64,000 nt of DNA from a virus, in IMG/VR virus record IMGVR_UViG_3300045988_092438, one strand, 5' to 3'. Of this stretch, positions 1 to 10,090 are shown piece after piece. How positions within the stretch are numbered: the first letter of the stretch is position 1; the number at the start of each line of letters is the position of its first letter. The position numbers and the translations under genes are program-made. The notes under the pieces are model-generated. The model did no database searches. It was not told the origin of the DNA and saw only the letters and a list, made by a program, of their open reading frames with translations.

Positions 1-100
1 TATTACCACTTCCAGAAGAGGGTTGTTTATTACCACCACCACCGCTAGAAGACCATTTACCTGTAGTTGGGTCATATGTCATTGAACCGCTTCGAGCCAT
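1..100 (-). CDS. hypothetical baseplate-module protein, N-terminal fragment (gene runs off the window edge)
   Basis: ATG at 100-98 with GGAGG-type RBS just upstream. Reads MARSGSMTYDPTTGKWSSSGGGGNKQ... and stays open to position 1. Absent from the ORF track because it is truncated. Confidence 0.4.
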   Translation of the reverse strand, partial: MARSGSMTYDPTTGKWSSSGGGGNKQPSSGSGN

Positions 101-115
101 TAAATCTCACCTCCT

Positions 116-955
116 TTAACTCCATGTTTTCTTGTTAGGGTTATAAGTATACGACCTACCACTATTAGAACCTCCACTTGGAGTATTCTTTGTTTTACTG
201 TCTGTTGTTCTTTTAGAAGTAACCTTCGTAGAACTCAGTTTCTTATTAGAAGATTTAACCACAGAAGAACCAACTTCAACTTGAGCAGATTCCTTGTTAA
301 TTTTCGGGCTAAAACTAATAAGGTCATGTGGATAATTTAAGTAAGTCAAGGTCATTTTTGGGTCTTTCAAGTGACCTTTCTTCACATAATAAAAGGTGTT
401 CCCTATAAGTCTTGCTGTAAATGGATAAACTTCATTACCTGCTAACTGAGTAATAAAGTCAATATCCGTCTGGTTTGATTGTGTGATAGTCTCTTGTTTC
501 TCAAAGGCATACCCACTCTCAATCACACATTTAAAACCATAGCTTTTCACGATTTTCTGTACTACCTTTGCATTGGTAGTATTTTTGAAAGTGTTACTCT
601 TTTTCTTTCGATTCATCAAGTGAGTATTATCCATACAGGTAACTGTTAAGAGAGGGAGACCACTCTCTTGAAAGATAATATCAATAGCAGAAATATATCC
701 CTCAAATTTAACTCTATAGGAAACTCCTACCCAACCTAACTGTACTTTTATTTTGTTGTCTTCAATGAAGATATTATCCTCAATGTAAAGAAACTCTGGG
801 TCAGCAATCTTAATGACACACATATCAGAACCATCTACTGTTTCTGTTATCTGAATATTATTGATACACTGCTTTTTATCCATTCCCAACTTTTTACCAC
901 TTATCCATACATTATATTCGATTGCAAGAAGTTCTCCATTTTTATAGCTTGACAT
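116..955 (-). CDS. baseplate hub protein, late-control-D (gpD)/VgrG-N-like
   Basis: 279-aa ORF downstream (minus sense) of the tape measure and the LysM-like gene. GGAGG sits 6 nt before the ATG. Call rests on position and general gpD-like character. Confidence 0.5.
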   Translation of the reverse strand: MSSYKNGELLAIEYNVWISGKKLGMDKKQCINNIQITETVDGSDMCVIKIADPEFLYIEDNIFIEDNKIKVQLGWVGVSYRVKFEGYISAIDIIFQESGLPLLTVTCMDNTHLMNRKKKSNTFKNTTNAKVVQKIVKSYGFKCVIESGYAFEKQETITQSNQTDIDFITQLAGNEVYPFTARLIGNTFYYVKKGHLKDPKMTLTYLNYPHDLISFSPKINKESAQVEVGSSVVKSSNKKLSSTKVTSKRTTDSKTKNTPSGGSNSGRSYTYNPNKKTWS

Positions 956-965
956 AGAACACCTC

Positions 966-1262
966 CTACACGTTTACAATTTCTAAGACTTCATCATAAT
1001 CTGGGATAAAGATTCTGTCACCATACTCAATATCAAACTCTGTTCTGTATTTAGGATTTGCGTCTAAAATAGCCCATCTTAAAGCACACACCCCATAATA
1101 CTTATAGGCAACACCATCTAAGGTGTCACCTTCTACCCACTCATGCACTGTAGCATTGGCAATATTGAAACTAAATCTACTCCGCATTTTAAGTATTGGA
1201 CTTGAGTTACCATATCTTGTGTACAGTGGTGTTTGCAGGTATCTTGAATTTTCGTACATCAT
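966..1262 (-). CDS. LysM-like tail protein (tail protein X type)
   Basis: 98 aa with GDTLDGVAYKYYG...WAILDANP...GDRIFIP, a LysM/Tail_X-like pattern. Canonical position between tape measure and hub. Confidence 0.5.
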   Translation of the reverse strand: MMYENSRYLQTPLYTRYGNSSPILKMRSRFSFNIANATVHEWVEGDTLDGVAYKYYGVCALRWAILDANPKYRTEFDIEYGDRIFIPDYDEVLEIVNV

Positions 1263-1720
1263 ACTCTTCCCACCTGCCTTAATGTTAATGTGAATCTTGT
1301 CCTAATAGGTCTACCATAACTATCAAGCCACTCGTCATTTACTTTCAGCTTTTTCAGTACACACACTTTAACGAAATAGCCATAAGCAAAAGTAACCGTA
1401 GGTGGCTTTTTAAAAGAACTTTTATTATATTCCGGTGGCATAAGTGCTTCAAAGAATTTCCTAGCTGTGTTAATCTTTCCACTGTAAGGTTTATCATACA
1501 TAAACACTTCCACTGTAAACTCTCTGACTTTACCACCAGAATATTGTGTTAAAGGATAGCTCATACCGGGAGAGTCAATGTCACTAAACATTGACTCCCT
1601 CTCATAAGGCACACTGGTAGGATTGAACTGACATACCAGTTTTTTATTGGTTGAGTTGTTGATAAAGTAACACTTTGTCTTTGCCGGACTATCAGCATTA
1701 AACTTTCTGCTCACTGTCAA
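1259..1720 (-). CDS. tail/baseplate protein (tube-initiator-like), function uncertain
   Basis: 153-aa ORF immediately after the tape measure. Its end overlaps the next gene start by 4 nt. No diagnostic motif recognised. Confidence 0.4.
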   Translation of the reverse strand: MTVSRKFNADSPAKTKCYFINNSTNKKLVCQFNPTSVPYERESMFSDIDSPGMSYPLTQYSGGKVREFTVEVFMYDKPYSGKINTARKFFEALMPPEYNKSSFKKPPTVTFAYGYFVKVCVLKKLKVNDEWLDSYGRPIRTRFTLTLRQVGRV

Positions 1721-1730
1721 TTCCTCCTTC

Positions 1731-4700
1731 CTAGTAAGCTAACTCTGGGTCTGGTGCATTGATATTCTTGTAATGAGCCATCTTCTTAATCTGCTGTTTT
1801 CTTGCAATCTTATCCATGATAAGGTCTGCAAGTCTTTCTGCTTCTGCTTCGGACGCTCCATTTGCTTGAATTACAATAGCACCAGAGTTAAAGGTTACTG
1901 AATTATCTACGTCTCCACCTTGAGTAGTTGTCTGTTGTGTGTTGTTATTCGTGTAATAATTACCCGGAATAACAGGACTTCCACTATTAGTAGGTGTTGG
2001 AGTAAGTTTAAATGGTTCTGGTGAATCTACACTTACTTCCGGCAGGAAAGGTGTAAGAGAACTTACTGCGGAAGAGATTCCACCTAAAGCACTTGTAAAT
2101 GCACCTGTTACACTGCTGATTAGTGTATTGTTTGAAGAACTGTTACTGTTAATAAGGTTTCCTACTTTAGAAGCAAGTACACTTATCCACCCAGTATTTT
2201 TCTCAAGTGGCATAACAGCTTCTTGACCATTCTCACCGACACCGATTACACTTGGTTTATCAAACACACCACCCTTTTCATACCAACTAACACTAAGGTG
2301 TGGTACAGAAGGTGGGTTAATACTAAGACTACCACTAATACTAAAGTGAGGAAGTGCAATATGTGGTAATTGTAACCTACAACTACTAAAGAAACCACTA
2401 ATCCTACTTAAAGCACCAGATACAATACTCTTAGCACCATTCATTACATTGCTGATTGTGTTCTTAACTGCATTAAACACACTTGATACAGTACTCTTGA
2501 TACTTGCACCTATAGATGACACAGTACTCCTCACAGCATTAAATCCTGTAGACACTGCACTCTTTATACCACTAATGACATTAGAGATAGTGCTTTTAAT
2601 ACTGTTCCAAACAGAGCTAACTGTACTTGAAATACCACTCAATACACTTGAAATGGTACTTTTAATACTATTCCATGCTGAACTAATGAAACTTGCAATC
2701 GCACTTACCACAGTAGTTATCACAGATTTGATTGCGTTCCAAATTACCTGTACAACATTCCAGATTGCTTGTAAAGCAGTACCAATAGTGCTTACAATAG
2801 CACTGAAAATAGAAGAAATCACATTCCAGATACTTTGTAGTATAGTGCCAATGAAGTTAAGGATAGCACCAAACACACTTTGAACACCTTGCCATATTCT
2901 ATCTAAGTCACCAGTAAAAATTCCCACAATAATATCAAGAATACCACTGACAATGTTCATAATACCACTTAAAGCAGAACTTATAATATTCACAATAGAA
3001 TTAACTACTGTGACAATAACATTCCACACACCTTGAATGAATGTGGAAATTGTGCTTATAACACCTTGAACTAAAGGTACTAAAACATTAACAAGAAACT
3101 CTCCAACAGAAGATATAGCACTAATGATAGCTTGGAATACTGGATTACTTGCAATCTCCTGTGCTTTCTGTACAATGAAGTCTTTCACTTTACCAAAAGC
3201 ATTACCAACCATTCCGGCAACTTCTACAACTTTATCTTTAAAGTTTAGAAAAGCATCAATTACTGGTTGAATTGCTGTTTTTAAATTCTCCCAGATAGAA
3301 CTGAGTCCATCTTTTAAGGAGTTCCAGATATTCATACCTTCTTCTTTTAGAGTAGTCCAAATGCCAGACACTTTCGCTTTAAATTCCTCCCAATGTGTCA
3401 CTGCATAAGTAATAATAGGTGCGAGGACTGCAATAATAGCCGCAATCACTGGTGCTGATAAACCACTAAAAAATCCTACGATAGCACTACCTATACTTTG
3501 CAAAGCTGGCATAATAACTGTACTTCCGAAATTTGCTAATGCAGGTCCGATAGTCTGTGTAAAGATAGGCACAATCCTTGAAGCTATATTTGCCAGTCTT
3601 GGAAAGATTGCTCCCAACTTACTTGTCAAACTACCCGGAGACATTAACACAGAAAAAGCGGATTTGATAAAACCACCAAGTTTTGTAAAGGTAGGGAAGA
3701 GTTTAGTAACAAACTTTCCAATACCACCGATAGCTCTACCTACACCACCAAAGGCTTTCGCTAATGTTCCTACTATACCTACTACTTTTGCGACTTTACC
3801 AAAAATACTATCAAGTACTTTAAACACTGCAAAGAACACTATTGCTTTAGCTGTGAATTTACCGAAACTCTCTCCAAATTTGAACCATGCGTCAGCGTCA
3901 CCACTGGAAAGTAACTGGAAGAAAGAAGTCAGCTTTTCAAGAGCTGTGTCAATAAATGTTCCCTTTAAGTTTGTCTGTAATCCTTGAATAAAATTCTTGA
4001 TACTGTCACTTACCTCTTTAAATCCTGCAATAAATCCTTCTTTGAATAAACCGAATCTATATTTAAGGTCAAGGATAGCTTCAATCAAAGGAAGTACCCC
4101 TAACTCTTTCGCTTTTAAGAATGTGTCCTCACTTAACGTAAATCCATCATCACTATTCCACAATTCTGATAAGGCACGACACACTATCATCAATTTCATA
4201 AGACCTACAGTGAGGTTATTCCAGAAGCCACCTTTACTCTGTAAGTCTGTAACCACATTCATCATTCCACCAACACTCATGTTAATAGCACCTCTAGCTG
4301 TACTAAATGAGTTCATAAGGTTTTGAACAAATCCAGTGATTAAAGTTCTGATTCCTGCGAAGTCTGTCTTCCATGCAAGGTACATACCACCAATGGCAAG
4401 ACCTAAAGGAAGAAGTCTGGCAGTGATTGCTTTCAAACCTCCTACAAGAATACTCTTCATAGAGGAGAAGCTACCACCCATAGCCATAAGCACAGTTGCA
4501 AGCCCGGATAATGAGGAAACTACTTTAAGTGCCAAACCTGTTAAAGTTAAAAGGACACCTGCAAATGCTGTCAACTGTATCACAAACTTAGCAAGTTTCG
4601 GTTGAGTGGTGGTAAGTTTAGTAACCCATCTGATGAAGTTACCAATAGCTTTACCTGCACTCACTAATGGTTTAATAATAAAACTTAAACTCTCCGCAAT

Positions 4701-5564
4701 TACTTTCGCTATAGAAGCCATATCTGCGTCACTGATTTCAAAGATAGCACTGGTTACACCCTGTAATGCTTCTTTCAAATCATTAAACACACCTGCGTCT
4801 GCAACTGCAAGGAAGAGTCTTGTAAACTGGTCGGACACGTTAGAAAGTGTCTGAGACCATGTATTCATATTTGACATCATAAGACCTGCAACACCTAAGT
4901 TGTCTGCAAGGTCAGCGAAGTCTTGTGCAATCTGTTCTGGTGTATCTCCCCATGAACGACCCAAAATACCCTCAACGTCAACGTCAAGAGCATTTTTAAG
5001 GGAACGTACTTCACCACTGAAAGCATTTCGGATAGCTGTACCCCACTGCATAGCAGGTACATCTGGTCTAAATGCCATAAGGTCTCCAATGAATCCCATC
5101 AGTTCTTGTTGGAATCCATTTTTCGCACTTGTCAGAGTCTCAAATGCGTCAAGACCATTCGCTGTGATAGTGGTAAACATACCAGAAAGGTCATTGATTT
5201 CAAAAGGTGTTTTAGCCGCAAAGCTCATTAACTTACTAATAGCTTCTTGACCTTTTTGTGCATCACCTGTTAAAGCATTTACAGTGATACGCAAACTCTC
5301 AAACTGACTACCAGTATCTACTGTACCTTGTAGCAGTTTTTGGAACATACCAGTAATGGTTGTTCCCATACTTAGAAAGGTGTCACCTAACTGCCCGGTC
5401 ATTGTTGAGAGTGAACTCAGAGCAGTCAAGTCTGCCATTCTATTTATAGAGTCTGTTGACTGCTCTGCCATCTGCGTCAGTCGCATTAACTGATTCGCCG
5501 CATTGTTTATTCCGGCAGTAGCGTTGTCAGTGAAGGACAAGATAAGTCCTAAACCAAAATCCAT
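1731..5564 (-). CDS. tail tape measure protein
   Basis: 1277 aa, Ala/Gly/Ser/Ile-rich helical sequence. Long run of ~11-residue repeats (..WNSIKSTISSV..SGIKSAV..). Located after tube and chaperone genes. Confidence 0.85.
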   Translation of the reverse strand: MDFGLGLILSFTDNATAGINNAANQLMRLTQMAEQSTDSINRMADLTALSSLSTMTGQLGDTFLSMGTTITGMFQKLLQGTVDTGSQFESLRITVNALTGDAQKGQEAISKLMSFAAKTPFEINDLSGMFTTITANGLDAFETLTSAKNGFQQELMGFIGDLMAFRPDVPAMQWGTAIRNAFSGEVRSLKNALDVDVEGILGRSWGDTPEQIAQDFADLADNLGVAGLMMSNMNTWSQTLSNVSDQFTRLFLAVADAGVFNDLKEALQGVTSAIFEISDADMASIAKVIAESLSFIIKPLVSAGKAIGNFIRWVTKLTTTQPKLAKFVIQLTAFAGVLLTLTGLALKVVSSLSGLATVLMAMGGSFSSMKSILVGGLKAITARLLPLGLAIGGMYLAWKTDFAGIRTLITGFVQNLMNSFSTARGAINMSVGGMMNVVTDLQSKGGFWNNLTVGLMKLMIVCRALSELWNSDDGFTLSEDTFLKAKELGVLPLIEAILDLKYRFGLFKEGFIAGFKEVSDSIKNFIQGLQTNLKGTFIDTALEKLTSFFQLLSSGDADAWFKFGESFGKFTAKAIVFFAVFKVLDSIFGKVAKVVGIVGTLAKAFGGVGRAIGGIGKFVTKLFPTFTKLGGFIKSAFSVLMSPGSLTSKLGAIFPRLANIASRIVPIFTQTIGPALANFGSTVIMPALQSIGSAIVGFFSGLSAPVIAAIIAVLAPIITYAVTHWEEFKAKVSGIWTTLKEEGMNIWNSLKDGLSSIWENLKTAIQPVIDAFLNFKDKVVEVAGMVGNAFGKVKDFIVQKAQEIASNPVFQAIISAISSVGEFLVNVLVPLVQGVISTISTFIQGVWNVIVTVVNSIVNIISSALSGIMNIVSGILDIIVGIFTGDLDRIWQGVQSVFGAILNFIGTILQSIWNVISSIFSAIVSTIGTALQAIWNVVQVIWNAIKSVITTVVSAIASFISSAWNSIKSTISSVLSGISSTVSSVWNSIKSTISNVISGIKSAVSTGFNAVRSTVSSIGASIKSTVSSVFNAVKNTISNVMNGAKSIVSGALSRISGFFSSCRLQLPHIALPHFSISGSLSINPPSVPHLSVSWYEKGGVFDKPSVIGVGENGQEAVMPLEKNTGWISVLASKVGNLINSNSSSNNTLISSVTGAFTSALGGISSAVSSLTPFLPEVSVDSPEPFKLTPTPTNSGSPVIPGNYYTNNNTQQTTTQGGDVDNSVTFNSGAIVIQANGASEAEAERLADLIMDKIARKQQIKKMAHYKNINAPDPELAY

Positions 5565-5584
5565 GAGGTAAACCTCCTTTCTTC

Positions 5585-5824
5585 TTATCTATTTTCTTTA
5601 TAAGAAGACTTCGGAGTATTACCACTATTATTGCTACCTTTACTTTCGGCTTTAATCTGCTGTTTTATTCTATCATTCCACACACCTCTTTCAGTGCATG
5701 GCATATTCCAAAGCTCTTCTCTGCCCCAGTGATAGAAATAAGCAAGATTGTGAATTTCCATGACAGTTACATCAATGGGGGAGAGAACTAATATCTCTTC
5801 CCCCAAAAATGCAACAAACTCCAT
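5585..5824 (-). CDS. tail assembly chaperone, -1 frameshift extension ORF
   Basis: 79-aa ORF in the -1 frame relative to the upstream chaperone. A slippery heptamer lies just before the upstream stop. Confidence 0.55.
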   Translation of the reverse strand: MEFVAFLGEEILVLSPIDVTVMEIHNLAYFYHWGREELWNMPCTERGVWNDRIKQQIKAESKGSNNSGNTPKSSYKENR

Positions 5825-6666
5825 TAGAAAAAATCAGAACTACCTACCTGTCCACTAATGTCTTCACCACACACATCACAAGTGATTTCAAGGTTGGTAT
5901 CAATGCCGAAAACATTTTCTTTAATTAAATCCTGCAAGTACTCTCTGTCTCTTAAACTCATATCTGCCACTCTGTCATTAAATACAGGTGTTCCGTCATC
6001 AAAGCTCATTAAACGTGTTAAGAGCATTGTTGTGGCAGAAGCCATGTTCTTCTTAAACAATGGGAACACAATCTCTCTGTCTTCTCCGTTCATCTGTCTA
6101 AGAGTGCCAATCTTATGTACTGCTCCCTTAGAGTCTTTGTAACCTCTACCCGGCAGTTCAAATCCATAAGTGTACATTCCATTAAACGGAGTGACTTCAA
6201 ACTCGTCAATTCCAACGATAGTCTTTAGGGTTGCTTTACAGTTCGGGCATTTGTGGGTAAATGTAATATTATTACCCTTGGAGAGCTGTCTGACTTTCAT
6301 AGCCATGTAGTCAAGGTCTGCTCCCAGAAGACTTCTGATTAACTCTCCCCACTTCTTCGGACCGAGTTCTTTTCTGGTCTTGCCACCAATGTCTACCACT
6401 GTTCTCTCTAACAGTACATTGACTAATCTACCACCATTCGCTCTAATCTCCGGCTTGTTGATTGCTTCTTCATCTTTACCATTCATTTCACGATAAGAAA
6501 AAGTTCTGAGGTGTTCACCCTCATACTCAATACCTGCTAAAAGAGGTTCGTCTCTGACAATACCATCTTCATCAACAACACTGTCATTCAACTGCCGAAT
6601 ATTCTCCTGCTCAATCTGTTCAACAACACTTGCCATACTCTCGTCTTTTGCTTTCTTTAATGCCAT
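5824..6666 (-). CDS. tail assembly chaperone (zinc-ribbon containing)
   Basis: Between tube and tape measure genes. Start moved to MALKKAKD (ATG 6666-6664, GGAGG 8 nt upstream). Contains CPNC...CDVC cysteine pairs. Confidence 0.55.
   Translation of the reverse strand: MALKKAKDESMASVVEQIEQENIRQLNDSVVDEDGIVRDEPLLAGIEYEGEHLRTFSYREMNGKDEEAINKPEIRANGGRLVNVLLERTVVDIGGKTRKELGPKKWGELIRSLLGADLDYMAMKVRQLSKGNNITFTHKCPNCKATLKTIVGIDEFEVTPFNGMYTYGFELPGRGYKDSKGAVHKIGTLRQMNGEDREIVFPLFKKNMASATTMLLTRLMSFDDGTPVFNDRVADMSLRDREYLQDLIKENVFGIDTNLEITCDVCGEDISGQVGSSDFF
5827..5833 (-). promoter_or_regulatory. candidate -1 programmed ribosomal frameshift slippery site T_TTT_TTC
   Basis: Minus strand reads ..TCT GAT TTT TTC TAA TGG AG... 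Slipping -1 on T TTT TTC gives ..TTT TTT CTA ATG GAG TTT.., which is the frame of the 79-aa ORF. Confidence 0.55.
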
Positions 6667-6775
6667 AATCAATTCCTCCATTAAAATAATTATTGAAAAT
6701 TTGCTACCCTTATAATACAACAAAAACCTCCCTAATGCAATAGGAAGGTTTCTGTGTCAATTTTTTATTGTGTGA

Positions 6776-7252
6776 TTACAGGAAGTACTCAAATGTCATT
6801 GTCAGCGTTTCAATGATTACATCACTGCTTGTAGCGTCCAAATCAGCACATTCATACTTACTGAACCATGCTTCTGCACACTTAAACTCTCTGCGGATTT
6901 TTCCAAATCTGTCACAAACTTGGATAACCACTGTGTTACGAACTGTATTGTTGTTAAACACTTTCTCGTAAATACCTTGCAGGTAGTCATCAGCGTACAT
7001 ACCTCTTTCAAAGGTAACATCACTAACAGTCTCTCTACCCGGAAGTTTATGTGTATGGTCATACATATTCTCAAGGTACTCAACTACCTCTACTTCTCTA
7101 CTGAGACCTCCGACTTTCTGAAAGCCTACACCAGTAGGAAGACCCGGAATAGAGACTCTGAACATGAAAGACTGTAAAGGGTCTGCTTCAATGGTTCTTG
7201 AAGCCATAGCATTTAAAGCAAGCCCTTTAAACATATTGTATAACTTATTCAT
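6776..7252 (-). CDS. tail tube protein (gp19/contractile-injection tube family)
   Basis: 158 aa with ..DPLQSFMFRVSIPGLP..GFQKVGGL.., typical of tube proteins. Directly follows the sheath gene. Confidence 0.8.
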   Translation of the reverse strand: MNKLYNMFKGLALNAMASRTIEADPLQSFMFRVSIPGLPTGVGFQKVGGLSREVEVVEYLENMYDHTHKLPGRETVSDVTFERGMYADDYLQGIYEKVFNNNTVRNTVVIQVCDRFGKIRREFKCAEAWFSKYECADLDATSSDVIIETLTMTFEYFL

Positions 7253-7268
7253 GCTTTATTCCTCCTTA

Positions 7269-8708
7269 TTAAGAATTACTTGCCATAGAGTGAGCAAGTT
7301 TGATAACCACAAACTCAGCAGGTTTAACAGGAGCATAACCAATCTCAACATACAGGAAACCATTGTTGATAGTTGCGTCTGTGTTGTTGGTAGCGTCACA
7401 AGTGACATAGTATGCTTCTTCTGCTGTACCTTTCAGCACTCCATTTAAACGGAGAGTTTCAAGGAAGTCTTGACAAGTAGCTGTCACTCTACTCCACAGT
7501 GATTCGTCATTCGGCTCAAACACTGCAAACTGTGTTCCGGCATACAGAGACTTCTTGATATTGTAGTTGATAATTACATCAGTTACATATCTCATATCCG
7601 CTTTCGGATTAAGACCTCTTGCACCCCAGACAACAATACCTGCATTTGTTCTGGAAACAATACAGATAACACCCACAGGGTTAAGTTGACCAATTTCAGC
7701 GTCAGTCAGTTTCTTCTCCATAGAAAGGAAACCTTTAACTACTGCGTCAACTCCGGCAGGTGCTTTCTTGATACCTTGCTGACCGATTACTCTGGAATAA
7801 ACACCCATCACATGACCTGCTGTTGGAACTGTCTTTGTACCATTCGTAAGAGGGTCAGATACAACACCCCACGGATAAGCAAGACAACCACCATAAGCAC
7901 TGATACTCTTTCTGTACTCCTTGGTCTCTTTAACAGTAGAACCAATCGGCATATCCAGAATCGGGAATAACATATGTGCATCACAGTAGGTTAAAATTCC
8001 GTCATTAACTGTTTTAGAAGTCTGCCCCGGAATAGCAAGAAAACTTGCGTCATCAATGGTACTGCAAACCTCAAGTGCAGAAACGTAGTTACTGTCAGCT
8101 AAATCTTCAATACCATCTGCTCCGTCAGCAAGAGTAATTGTCTCCTCCTGTAACTTTGTCAGTGCTGTTTCAGCTTTAGCAACAATCCAGTTCTGTGTGG
8201 TAATGTTACTATTGATAGTGTCCACAATAGTGTCTTTTGTTACTTCTGTAATTGTTGTCACTCCTTCATCAGAAGAACTCATAGTAACAATTACATCAAA
8301 CACCTCATTGATGTTCTCTACCCAGTCAGCACTTTTCTTAATCTGAACAGTAGGTGCAATCGCTCCCGGATATTTTGCTTCAATCTGTAATCCAGTGTTT
8401 AAAGTACCTGTGGCTTTTGCTTTCTTTGCTGTGTTAGAAGCAACACGAACAACATACACAGAACTTCCACCATTAGCAAAAAATCCATATACAGAGTATG
8501 GAAGGTCACTGCTCTTCATAAAAGGTGTTTCAAGACCATTTACGAAATTCTGAATGAACTCTGTCCAAGATGATACTAAAACAGGCTCATTTACAGGACC
8601 ACTCTTCATAGCACCAATCAGAATACCGATTGTGGAACTTGCTTGCTGAATAGGACTTGCACCAGTTGATACGTCTTGAATGTAAACGTCTGGTCTATTG
8701 AAATCCAT
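7269..8708 (-). CDS. contractile tail sheath protein
   Basis: 479 aa, sheath-like N- and C-terminal regions (..PGVYIQ-like start, ..GYAPVKPAEFVVIK..). Sits upstream of the tube gene. Confidence 0.85.
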   Translation of the reverse strand: MDFNRPDVYIQDVSTGASPIQQASSTIGILIGAMKSGPVNEPVLVSSWTEFIQNFVNGLETPFMKSSDLPYSVYGFFANGGSSVYVVRVASNTAKKAKATGTLNTGLQIEAKYPGAIAPTVQIKKSADWVENINEVFDVIVTMSSSDEGVTTITEVTKDTIVDTINSNITTQNWIVAKAETALTKLQEETITLADGADGIEDLADSNYVSALEVCSTIDDASFLAIPGQTSKTVNDGILTYCDAHMLFPILDMPIGSTVKETKEYRKSISAYGGCLAYPWGVVSDPLTNGTKTVPTAGHVMGVYSRVIGQQGIKKAPAGVDAVVKGFLSMEKKLTDAEIGQLNPVGVICIVSRTNAGIVVWGARGLNPKADMRYVTDVIINYNIKKSLYAGTQFAVFEPNDESLWSRVTATCQDFLETLRLNGVLKGTAEEAYYVTCDATNNTDATINNGFLYVEIGYAPVKPAEFVVIKLAHSMASNS

Positions 8709-8711
8709 AGT

Positions 8712-8954
8712 CTATTCCTCCTTACTTTCTTTATTGTCAACTGTCTTTTCAACAGTAGATTTTTTAGCTGTCTTCCTTTCGACAACCTCTCTCACTGTCA
8801 GAAGTTCTTGTTCCGACAGATTTTTTAAATATCCGGTGTACTGTTTATCACTAATCTGCTTCTCTTTGCCCGGAAACAGTCTTAATGTTTTTCCATCACC
8901 GAGAGTACAAACAATAGGTCTGTTAATACTCATATTTTTAATGATGTAGGACAT
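8712..8954 (-). CDS. hypothetical protein
   Basis: 80-aa co-directional ORF packed between neck and sheath genes. Confidence 0.45.
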   Translation of the reverse strand: MSYIIKNMSINRPIVCTLGDGKTLRLFPGKEKQISDKQYTGYLKNLSEQELLTVREVVERKTAKKSTVEKTVDNKESKEE

Positions 8955-9003
8955 TTTCTTCCTCCTTTACAAGTATCACCTGTTAATAGTAAACCTAAAG
9001 CAA

Positions 9004-9600
9004 TTACTCCGAACTTTCGGAAGAGTCTGCTTTCAACACTCTATCTGCAGCCATGTGAACATTATAACCTACTTCGTCATCTAATTCTACCCATATCACA
9101 TAAGAAATTACAGAATGGAATAATCTTTTTTGATTTTTAATCAAGTCCGAGGACTTCATACTCTCATTCAGTAACACATTAGAAGACCTTTCAACACCTC
9201 CGTCATCAATCACTTTCAGATTGAACTGTCGGAAGTGTTTCATAAGCCATGTCCGTGTCATGGTATTTATATCTTCTTTATATCTCGACCAGAAATCAAT
9301 CTGATATGTGAGATTAAAAGGTACTGCTGAATCCTGCATACTGAGTAAATTCTCTTTTTCATTCTTACCCATAATCACTGGGTTAGGGTTGTATCTCCTT
9401 GCGTCAAACCTATTAAAGATGTGAGTAATCGTCACACAAGGAATTTGCTCTTCCCTTAAATCTTCTTCTGGGTCTCTGACAAACACCATCTTACCTGTTA
9501 CTGGTTCTATTGTACCCATAGTCGTAAGGTACTTAACTGTATTCAAAATTTCTTCTTTCAGTCCTTTTTCAACTTCTTCAAACCAAACATTAGCCGACAT
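9004..9600 (-). CDS. hypothetical neck/tail-completion protein
   Basis: 198-aa ORF in the head-tail joining block. Call is by position only. Confidence 0.45.
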   Translation of the reverse strand: MSANVWFEEVEKGLKEEILNTVKYLTTMGTIEPVTGKMVFVRDPEEDLREEQIPCVTITHIFNRFDARRYNPNPVIMGKNEKENLLSMQDSAVPFNLTYQIDFWSRYKEDINTMTRTWLMKHFRQFNLKVIDDGGVERSSNVLLNESMKSSDLIKNQKRLFHSVISYVIWVELDDEVGYNVHMAADRVLKADSSESSE

Positions 9601-9613
9601 TTCTCACACCTCC

Positions 9614-10090
9614 TTATAGCTCAACAATCTCTTTAAACAACTCTTCCCAACTCTTCTGTAGCAGGTCTTTTACTTCTTCAAAAGTTGGTCTCACCAATGG
9701 TCTTGGAGGTAACTTATCAGTACCATATTCAAGCCATATCATAAGCTCACTCATTTTCATTCCACCTTCATGTGACTTCCAAGGTGAAGCACCTACAAAG
9801 ATTGTACTGCCAGTAGTACTTGACTTAATACGTCTTACTTCAAGTCCATTTGCTAACTGTCCAGTCTCAATCATAATAGTAGTGTCACCACCTTTAAGCT
9901 CAACTGTGTGGTCTGCTAATGGTGTCCAACCTAAATCTTGGCTGTAGATATGACCTTTCATCTTTTCAAGAACCATCTGACCATCTTCATAGAATTTTGC
10001 TTCAAAAGCAGGTTTCAACTTAACTGCAATATTGCGTAAGTGAATACCTGCTCTATTCCAATCTCCTGTCATTTGAAGTTTCAGTGACAT
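9614..10090 (-). CDS. head-tail joining protein (HK97 gp10-like), tentative
   Basis: 158 aa. Size and position are typical of gp10-type tail-completion proteins. Confidence 0.4.
   Translation of the reverse strand: MSLKLQMTGDWNRAGIHLRNIAVKLKPAFEAKFYEDGQMVLEKMKGHIYSQDLGWTPLADHTVELKGGDTTIMIETGQLANGLEVRRIKSSTTGSTIFVGASPWKSHEGGMKMSELMIWLEYGTDKLPPRPLVRPTFEEVKDLLQKSWEELFKEIVEL

Noticed and set aside
2449-5250. Series of plus-strand ORFs (2449-2883, 3664-3987, 3997-4326, 4336-4605, 4606-4854, 4900-5250) opposite the tape measure gene.
   Set aside because: They are antisense shadows of a long, repeat-rich, biased-composition minus-strand gene. None has an RBS, and their products are low-complexity. 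The same reasoning applies to the other plus-strand ORFs in the track, for example 21450-21929 and 44109-44603.
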